NCBI GenBank assembly: GCA_025058515.1
Contig: JANXDW010000006.1
Location: 9,050-73,049 of the forward strand
Origin: Aigarchaeota archaeon
GTDB taxonomy: Archaea > Thermoproteota > Nitrososphaeria_A > Caldarchaeales > Wolframiiraptoraceae
DNA: 64,000 bases
Reading direction: 5' to 3'
The notes below the pieces were generated by a model. It searched no databases and was not told the origin of the DNA. It saw only the letters and a list, made by a program, of their open reading frames with translations. Of the stretch, positions 57,788 to 64,000 are shown piece after piece. Each line of letters starts with the position of its first letter. Position 1 is the stretch's first letter. The translations under genes were made by a program, and so were the position numbers.

Positions 57788-59098
57788 TTATGGAACTAGT
57801 CTAAACTTATCTCTTGGAAAGAGTATTACCTCCCTGATATTTTCTCTATTTGTTAATATCATTAAAAGTCTATCGAGTCCAAGTCCCCATCCTGCATGTA
57901 TAGGCATACCGTAATCATAGACTTTTAAATGATGTTCAAAAGCTTTAACATTTAACCCTTGTTCCATCAACCTCTTCTCAAGGAGACTGCGGTTAGAGAT
58001 CCTTGTACCACCTGAAGCTAGCTCTAGCCAGCTATACATTAAGTCGAATGACTCAGATAATTCTGGATTGTCTTCACATGGCTGAATATAAAATGGTTTA
58101 GACTTTGTTGGGAAATGCGTTATAAAATAGTATCCTCTATGCTTCTCTCCAAGAATTCTTAAATGTTCTGTTCCAAAGTCTTCACCCCATTCAAGCTCTA
58201 ACCCCAGGGTCTTCAATTCTTCAACCATCTCATTATAAGTATATCTTGGAAATGGGGTTTCTGGAATATCTAGCTTTACGTTTAATAATTCAAGTTCTTT
58301 CTCTCTCTCTTCAACTACCTTCTTATAGATGTGTACTATCAAGTTCTCCAAGATCTCCATGACTCCATAGAGATCTAGAAAAGCGGCCTCAATATCTACA
58401 GAAGTAAATTCGCTTACATGTCTCCTAGTATGAGATTCTTCTGCTCTAAAGAATGGACCAATCTCGAAGACTCTCTCAAAGACTGTAACCAATTCTTCTT
58501 TGTAAAGTTGTGGGCTCTGAGCCAAGTATGCCTTACTATCAAAGTACTTTACCTCGAATAGAGCTGCACCACCTTCAGTCGCAGTAGCAATGATCCTCGG
58601 AGTCCTAACCTCTATGAAATTATTCATTCTGAAGAACTCTCTAGCCGCCGTCAGCACTGTATCAGCTATCTTGAAGATAGCATTATTTTCAGGTTTCCTT
58701 AAATCTAGTATTCTATGATCTAGTCTAGTATCTATTCCCGCAGATACTTTTCCTGTAACATCGTAAGGAATCGGCCGCAAAGCTCTCGACAATATCTCTA
58801 TGTTCTCTAAAACTACCTCGACTCCTAGTCTAGCCTTAGGTTGACTCTTTACAAATCCTTCAACATATACTACATCTTCATATCCAATATCTTCTACTTT
58901 CTCCAAGACTTCTCGTGGAAGGTCTTCTTTCTTAATCGTTACTTGACACGTACCGGAGACATCTCGCAGTAGAATAAATTTTATTCCTCCGAGATCTCTT
59001 ACTTCATGCGCCCATCCTAGGAGAGCGACCTTACAACCATCTAGGTTTGGTTTTATCTCTGAAGCATAATGACTTCTACGTGGAAGCTTTCTTCTCAC
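57788..59098 (-). CDS. aspS: Aspartyl-tRNA synthetase, archaeal type (class IIb; AsnRS not strictly excluded)
   Basis: N-terminal OB anticodon-binding domain; QSPQLYKE; motif 2 GPFFRAEES; motif 3 GWGLGLDRLLM. 436 aa. Confidence 0.7.
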   Translation of the reverse strand: MRRKLPRRSHYASEIKPNLDGCKVALLGWAHEVRDLGGIKFILLRDVSGTCQVTIKKEDLPREVLEKVEDIGYEDVVYVEGFVKSQPKARLGVEVVLENIEILSRALRPIPYDVTGKVSAGIDTRLDHRILDLRKPENNAIFKIADTVLTAAREFFRMNNFIEVRTPRIIATATEGGAALFEVKYFDSKAYLAQSPQLYKEELVTVFERVFEIGPFFRAEESHTRRHVSEFTSVDIEAAFLDLYGVMEILENLIVHIYKKVVEEREKELELLNVKLDIPETPFPRYTYNEMVEELKTLGLELEWGEDFGTEHLRILGEKHRGYYFITHFPTKSKPFYIQPCEDNPELSESFDLMYSWLELASGGTRISNRSLLEKRLMEQGLNVKAFEHHLKVYDYGMPIHAGWGLGLDRLLMILTNRENIREVILFPRDKFRLVP

Positions 59099-59633
59099 TC
59101 AACTCCATCCTCCTCTCCATCCACCTACTTTTCTCAAAATCTATCCTCAAGATAGCTCCCTTCACTTTCTTAACTACTTCTATGATAGAGGGTACAGACG
59201 TTTTTAAACTTCTCTCTCTATCAAGTATTACCCTCATCTCTTCACTTCCATCCGGTAACCATATCTTATTTATCGTAACAACTCTAGCTGGAGCAACAAG
59301 CTTCTCTATAAATCTAGGGATACTTCTATCATCTTCAACAATCTTAACATTCTTCTCCAATTTTTCTCTTAATTTCTTCCTAATCATATGCAAGGTATCT
59401 TGATCGATATTCTTCAAGCTGTCTTCTTTCATAATTATGAATACTATGTCGCCGCCGTCTACAGCTTTCACAAAACCTGTCTTACTAAGTTTCGGCAACT
59501 CTTTCTCTAACTCTAATAACAACCTCATAATTCTAATATCCAACTCATCGTAAAGACCTTTACGTACCTTTTCTTCACATCGGGGGCATAATATGCCCGA
59601 CTTTAGATCGAAGATACATAGTGGAAATTCCAC
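59076..59633 (-). CDS. Hypothetical protein with N-terminal CxxC...CxxC zinc ribbon (185 aa)
   Basis: CIFDLKSGILCPRCEEK then a charged helical region. Overlaps the aspS start by 23 nt (operonic). Confidence 0.35.
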   Translation of the reverse strand: MEFPLCIFDLKSGILCPRCEEKVRKGLYDELDIRIMRLLLELEKELPKLSKTGFVKAVDGGDIVFIIMKEDSLKNIDQDTLHMIRKKLREKLEKNVKIVEDDRSIPRFIEKLVAPARVVTINKIWLPDGSEEMRVILDRERSLKTSVPSIIEVVKKVKGAILRIDFEKSRWMERRMELSEKKAST

Positions 59634-59709
59634 CTAATCACCTCTAGCATTATGCCCACACTCTCGTCGAAGTCTTTAGCGATCAGCTGGCTTGTAGAGA
59701 CTTTTGCCT

Positions 59710-59988
59710 CTATCTCTTCAAGAGTATCTCGATCGTGCTAACGCTTATCGGTTGATTATTTGGACCAGTCACTTCTTCTGTTCCAAGCTTTATATCTGTA
59801 ACTTTAAGATCTTTGTAGAATCGACGTTGTAGTACTTGGACTACATCTACTGCTCTACTGATAGCTCTACCTCTAGCTTTTAACAGTATCTGGCTAGAGC
59901 CACTCTGTAATGTTGTTAGACATGCAAAGACGTAATTCATTAAGGGTTTCTTTCCTATCAATACTGTTGGAACTTCTTTCTCGGCCAT
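59710..59988 (-). CDS. albA: Alba (Sso10b-type) chromatin protein
   Basis: MAEKEVPTVLIGKKPLMNYVFACLTTLQSGSSQILLKARGRAISRAVDVVQVLQ...ISVSTIEILLKR is closely similar to the Sulfolobus Alba pattern (VLIGKKPVMNYV...KARGRAIS.AVD). Start set at the internal Met; the ORF track adds 11 spurious codons. Confidence 0.85.
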   Translation of the reverse strand: MAEKEVPTVLIGKKPLMNYVFACLTTLQSGSSQILLKARGRAISRAVDVVQVLQRRFYKDLKVTDIKLGTEEVTGPNNQPISVSTIEILLKR

Positions 59989-60108
59989 AGCTCTACTACA
60001 CCTTAGTGGGCTGAAATCCATTATTTATCCCAACATAAAAACCTATTGTAGGAAATATTAGTCCACCTAGGATAGAGTATATATCTAACTTGATCTAGAT
60101 TATAAGAG

Positions 60109-60270
60109 ATGCCTCTTAGAGATGTAACTCTAATACAGTTGGCTCAGAGACGAAAACTATACTATAAGATATGTCGAGAATGTGGTGCTAGAAATGCACC
60201 CACAGCTGAGAAATGTAGAAGATGTAGAAGCTATAATCTAAGATGGAAGAAGAGAGAGATCAAGAGATAG
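60109..60270 (+). CDS. rpl40e: 50S ribosomal protein L40e (53 aa)
   Basis: Read from sequence: MPLRDVTLIQLAQRRKLYYKICRECGARNAPTAEKCRRCRSYNLRWKKREIKR. The C4 zinc ribbon KICxxCxARN...CRxCxxxNLR is the L40e signature. Missed by the ORF track (under 60 aa). Confidence 0.75.
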   Translation: MPLRDVTLIQLAQRRKLYYKICRECGARNAPTAEKCRRCRSYNLRWKKREIKR

Positions 60271-60372
60271 AAATAGAAAAAGTAAAAATAATCTCCAACT
60301 ATTATTCTAACTCGACAAGCACGAACTATCTCAGATAAACATATATGTTCAGGGAAAATGAGTATGATATAT

Positions 60373-60462
60373 GGGCCGGTAGTCTAGAGGTTATGACGCC
60401 GCCCTCACAGAATTTCTTCGAGGAGACGGCGGAGGACGTGGGTTCGAATCCCACCCGGCCCA
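60373..60462 (+). tRNA. tRNA-Val (anticodon CAC) with a 17-nt intron at the canonical 37/38 position; CCA not encoded
   Basis: Acceptor GGGCCGG/CCGGCCC, D-arm GTCT..TGAC, anticodon stem CCGCC/GGCGG with loop CTCACA-[intron GAATTTCTTCGAGGAGA]-C, T-arm GTGGG TTCGAAT CCCAC, discriminator A. An A/T-rich box ACATATAT lies about 25-30 nt upstream. Confidence 0.8.
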
Positions 60463-60642
60463 TCTCAGACATGTAGTAAACCATCTAGTCTCATTTAATT
60501 TCTTATCCTTGAAGATCAATATCGTAGTAATCTCTATCTCTGGATCCTCTAATGAATTTCTGAGATAGTAGCTTTATCTCCTTAAGCTATAGTTAGATCT
60601 AGTTATTCTAGATTAGGATGACGTTTAGCTATTTATTTCGAG

Positions 60643-61773
60643 TTATACTATTCCTCGTAGTATTAGACTCCAGTAAAATCTATTTACCATCTGTTTACCT
60701 AGATACCATAGGTAGCTGAATCTAGGTTTCTTAGGTGGATTCTCATAGTTGAAGCTCATGTATATTGCTTTCTTGAAGCCTGCATCACAGAAACATGTTA
60801 CTCTTCCATCGTATACCGCTTCAGGTTTATGACCTATAGTATCCGAGTAGATCCTTTCAGCTACTACTTTTGCTTCAAAATGCGCTACTGAGCCTGCTTT
60901 TGATATGGGGAGATTAGTTGCATCACCTATAGCGTAGACTTCACTGTAATCTCTATACTGTAGAGTGTGTTTATCGACCGGTATCCATCCTCCATCGACT
61001 CCGAGCTCAGACCTCTCGACTACCTCCGCACCTCTATGAGGTGGAACCATTACCAGCAGATCATATTTTAACGATTCTCCTTCTAGAGAATTTACAACTC
61101 TTCTCTCAGAATCTATAGATTCTATATTGAACATCGGATGCCAATGTATCTCCTTCTCCTCCATCATCTCTCTTATAGATTCTGCAACTGCTTCGTGGGG
61201 AAATGTTCTAGGTAGGGGGGATAGGTAATGTATCTCTACCTTATCTCTAATCTTTCTCTTAGTGAAGTAGTAGTCTAGTAGGCAGCAGAATTCTGCTGGA
61301 GCAGGTGGACACTTGTATGGTATACCTCCTATACCTACTGCAACTACTCCTCCATTAAATCTCTCTAAAGTTTCATGGAGTATTCTAGCACCTTCAAGAG
61401 TATAGAAATGGTGAGCTGCTCTGTACCCTGGGACTTCTTCAGGGACTATCCGTGAGCCTGTTGAGATAATTAGGTAGTCATATTCTAGCTGTTTTCCACT
61501 TTCCAACCATACTTGTCTATTTTGTACGTCTATCTTCAATGCTCTATCAATGAGAAGCTCAACCTTCTTATCAAGTAGCTTCCTCTCTTCTCTCATGATC
61601 TTTGATTCATCTATAATCTCTCCTAAGGCTCTGTAGATGAAGGCAGGCTGATACACGTGATTAGAAGAATCATTGACGACTATTATCGCAGTATCGCTTA
61701 TCCGCTTTCTCGCTAATACATTTGCTACTACTGTTCCACCTGTTCCTCCACCAACTATGACAATCTTCTTCAT
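60643..61773 (-). CDS. FAD-dependent pyridine-nucleotide-disulfide-oxidoreductase-family flavoprotein (SQR / NDH-2-like)
   Basis: MKKIVIVGGGTGGTVVANVLA dinucleotide-binding motif, a second GIGGIPYKCPPAPAEF region with a conserved Cys, and C-terminal AIGDATNLP. 376 aa. Confidence 0.6.
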   Translation of the reverse strand: MKKIVIVGGGTGGTVVANVLARKRISDTAIIVVNDSSNHVYQPAFIYRALGEIIDESKIMREERKLLDKKVELLIDRALKIDVQNRQVWLESGKQLEYDYLIISTGSRIVPEEVPGYRAAHHFYTLEGARILHETLERFNGGVVAVGIGGIPYKCPPAPAEFCCLLDYYFTKRKIRDKVEIHYLSPLPRTFPHEAVAESIREMMEEKEIHWHPMFNIESIDSERRVVNSLEGESLKYDLLVMVPPHRGAEVVERSELGVDGGWIPVDKHTLQYRDYSEVYAIGDATNLPISKAGSVAHFEAKVVAERIYSDTIGHKPEAVYDGRVTCFCDAGFKKAIYMSFNYENPPKKPRFSYLWYLGKQMVNRFYWSLILRGIV

Positions 61774-61778
61774 ACCAG

Positions 61779-62024
61779 TTATCGAGCTTTCTTTACGATA
61801 AACTCTGTATATCCATCTCTCTCATATACTCCTATAAGTTCATGTCCAGCCTTATTTACCCATAAGGGTATATCGGTCTTCGACCCACTGTCTGTTGAGT
61901 ATACTGAGATTACTTCTCCTACTTGAGCATTCTTTATAGCTTTTATAAGCTCCATCAATGGACCTGGACAGTGGCTTCCTCTCGCATCTACTATTTTACT
62001 AACTTTATGCTCTCCTGAGCTCAA
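61779..62024 (-). CDS. tusA: TusA-like sulfur carrier protein
   Basis: 81 aa; [19 protein letters not shown] contains the TusA CPxP active-site motif. Confidence 0.8.
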   Translation of the reverse strand: MSSGEHKVSKIVDARGSHCPGPLMELIKAIKNAQVGEVISVYSTDSGSKTDIPLWVNKAGHELIGVYERDGYTEFIVKKAR

Positions 62025-62041
62025 GCTAGAACCTCCTTAGA

Positions 62042-62467
62042 CTATATGAATAACGTTATACTGCTCTCTTTAGCTTTTTCTAAGAAATCTCCTACTCCTA
62101 CTACACCATCTATTATCTCTGATAGGTCTTCTCTCTTCATGTTGAATAGATCGTACGTCATAGCACATGCATACACCTTCACATTCCCCAATTCTTTAGC
62201 TTGCTTAAGCATATCATACCAATGGGGAACATTCTTCTCTCTAAATATCTTTGACACCATTGGAGCTGCTTCTTCAAAATCTTTAGATATCTTCATACCT
62301 GTCTTCAATGTATCTTTCCTAAAAGCGTTTAACCCCCAGAAGGTTAAGAATATCTCTACATCTATTCCAAGTGCAGCTGCACCGCTAGCTAGTATAGCGA
62401 CAGGATATAGTTTATCATCTGTTCCAGAGAATGCGATTATCGATAACCTCTCTCTTTTAACACTCAT
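62042..62467 (-). CDS. DsrE/DsrF-like sulfur-relay protein
   Basis: 141 aa; DsrE-fold pattern with N-terminal LSIIAFSGTDDKLYPVAILASGAAALG and a conserved Cys in VKVYACAMT. Confidence 0.65.
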   Translation of the reverse strand: MSVKRERLSIIAFSGTDDKLYPVAILASGAAALGIDVEIFLTFWGLNAFRKDTLKTGMKISKDFEEAAPMVSKIFREKNVPHWYDMLKQAKELGNVKVYACAMTYDLFNMKREDLSEIIDGVVGVGDFLEKAKESSITLFI

Positions 62468-62593
62468 GTCAAAGTCTTCTTCGATATAGGATATAAGGAT
62501 TGTGTATCAACAAGATCCTGGTAAAGCATTATTCTAAACATCTTCCCCTACTTCTCTGAGTTCTGAAATATCCTTCTTCTCTTATGATTAATT

Positions 62594-64000
62594 TTATTCT
62601 CTTCTATATGGTTGGAGTAGAGCTTTAGGTGGTCGTACTCGTTTACCGAGCATAGCTGCGGCCGTTATCGTTACTACATATGGTATTGATTGAAAGAATT
62701 GGTAAGGTATCTGTAAAACTGTAGCTACAAGCCATGCTTGGACAGCGTTAAGCATTCCGAAGAAGAGGCATGCCATCCAGACCCATAGAGGGTTCCAGTT
62801 CCCCAATATGACTAATGCAAGAGCTATCCAGCTCCACTCTCCTCCAACGTTCAGGTTAAAGCTTCTTAGGTCAACTAATGAATAGTATGCTCCACCTATA
62901 GACATTAGCGATGCACCAGTGATAACTGAAAGATATCTAGTTAGATGGACTCTAACTCTAGCTGAGTCAACAGTTTTCGGATTCTCTCCTACCGCTCTCA
63001 AGATCAACCCCCACCTTGTCTTAAAGAATATGAAGGCAATCAGGGGAGGTAGTAGAAATGCTCCTACATATGTATATAGATTGTGTTTAAACAAGCTACC
63101 TATTATCGGTAGAGATTCTAGGAAGGGTATCCGGATAGAGGGTATAGGAGGAACTGTTGGTTCAACTAGTGGAGAGCCTATTAGAAGTCTATGGAAGAAG
63201 TAGGCTACATTCATAGAGTAGAAAGTTACAGCTATTCCTGCAATATGCTGCTGGACACCTAGAGTTACTACTAGAAATGCTAAAAGCATGCCTAGGATTA
63301 TGCCGGATAAAGCTGCGACCAGTACTCCTATCAAGAGGCTTCCAGTAAAGTATGCTCCCATGAATCCCCAAGCCGCTCCAGAGATCATTATTCCAAGTAT
63401 TCCGAGATTTATTATACCAGACCTCTCTGTAAACGTCTCACCTAATCCTGCAAAGATTATTGGAGTTGAGATCACTAAAGTTAAGACAATAATACTTGAA
63501 GCAACTATCTCTACAAAGCTCATCTTAAACTCTGGGTAGAATACACCTAGAGATGAGAAGAATAAGAAGACGGAGATAGATATCAATAAGATCTTTAAAT
63601 TACTCTTACTAATGCTGATTCTAGTTTGCCGACTGGTTGGATTAATACTTCTAGGTACCCTCAGGATAGTTGGAGGAGGTCTAGCTTCAACCTTCTCAAC
63701 TCTCTTAATTACCAATCTATAATTATTGAAGATACTGAAGATTAAGAGGAAGATTAATGTCTGAGCTTGGATTATATCTGATAAGAAGCTTGGAACTCCA
63801 GTATTCCAGCTCATTGCATTAGCTCCATTAATTAGAATGCTGAAGAAGAATGCTGCAACTACTATTCCTATTGGGTTTAGATTTCCAAGCATGGTTATCG
63901 CTAGAGCTACTAGACCATAGTTCGGACCAACGAAGGGCGTCATATAATACAGTATACCCATAAGTTCTATCGATCCAGCTAAACCTGCGATGCCACCACT
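62594..64000 (-). CDS. ABC-transporter permease (BMP/branched-chain-type transmembrane domains), 5'-truncated by the window edge; appears to be a fusion of two permease domains
   Basis: The reading frame stays open from the listed Met (63961) to the window end (upstream in-frame ...SGGIAGLAGSIEL). Two blocks of 4-5 TM helices are separated by a hydrophilic linker RVEKVEARPPPTILRVPRSINPTSRQ. Confidence 0.45.
   Translation of the reverse strand, partial: SGGIAGLAGSIELMGILYYMTPFVGPNYGLVALAITMLGNLNPIGIVVAAFFFSILINGANAMSWNTGVPSFLSDIIQAQTLIFLLIFSIFNNYRLVIKRVEKVEARPPPTILRVPRSINPTSRQTRISISKSNLKILLISISVFLFFSSLGVFYPEFKMSFVEIVASSIIVLTLVISTPIIFAGLGETFTERSGIINLGILGIMISGAAWGFMGAYFTGSLLIGVLVAALSGIILGMLLAFLVVTLGVQQHIAGIAVTFYSMNVAYFFHRLLIGSPLVEPTVPPIPSIRIPFLESLPIIGSLFKHNLYTYVGAFLLPPLIAFIFFKTRWGLILRAVGENPKTVDSARVRVHLTRYLSVITGASLMSIGGAYYSLVDLRSFNLNVGGEWSWIALALVILGNWNPLWVWMACLFFGMLNAVQAWLVATVLQIPYQFFQSIPYVVTITAAAMLGKRVRPPKALLQPYRRE

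Noticed and set aside
57788-59098. Calling the class IIb synthetase AsnRS rather than AspRS
   Set aside because: Both share QSPQ/motif 2/motif 3. The length and N-terminal domain fit the archaeal AspRS pattern, and no asparagine-specific signature could be discerned, so the AspRS (possibly non-discriminating) call was kept with moderate confidence.
59989-60021. Alba N-terminal extension MDFSPLRCSRA from the ORF track
   Set aside because: Alba homologs begin near MAEKE...VLIGKK; the extension is unsupported and probably an upstream in-frame artefact.
1-64000. CRISPR array, cas genes, transposase/integrase or obvious IS elements
   Set aside because: No run of regularly spaced direct repeats was seen in any intergenic region, and none of the translated ORFs shows transposase (DDE), integrase or Cas motifs. 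The only mobile-type element recognised is the intein in nuoI.

Overview
This AT-rich window (roughly 35-38% GC by eye) looks like core chromosome from an archaeon, most likely a crenarchaeote/TACK-type. It is densely coding on both strands. Archaeal hallmarks are present: TFB, aSUI1, aRF1, ribosomal proteins S10 and L40e, Alba chromatin protein, a family-B DNA polymerase, CysRS and AspRS, and an intron-containing tRNA-Val(CAC). Metabolic content includes a complete fatty-acid beta-oxidation cluster: acyl-CoA synthetase, EtfBA, 3-hydroxyacyl-CoA dehydrogenase, DUF35 plus thiolase, enoyl-CoA hydratase and acyl-CoA dehydrogenase. LeuCD-type dehydratase subunits, malate dehydrogenase, an aminotransferase, ATP-PFK, complex I subunits (nuoI, nuoA-like, nuoH) and a DsrE-TusA-flavoprotein sulfur-relay triad are also present. 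I found no CRISPR array, no transposase or integrase, and no rRNA. The most notable observations are: (1) a canonical 367-aa LAGLIDADG intein inserted in the NuoI ferredoxin subunit, immediately before the first Cys of its second 4Fe-4S motif; (2) two overlapping ORFs encoding one large membrane protein that are joined exactly at a textbook -1 frameshift heptamer A_AAT_TTC; (3) a thiolase whose conserved N-terminus lacks any ATG/GTG/TTG and appears to start at ACG behind a GGTGA Shine-Dalgarno; (4) a solitary N6/N4-type DNA methyltransferase of apparently higher GC inserted inside the beta-oxidation cluster; (5) a ParA/MinD-like P-loop protein with both Walker-A lysines replaced; and (6) a CysRS with a winged-helix insertion. 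All product calls rest on reading motifs in the supplied translations. No database searches were run.
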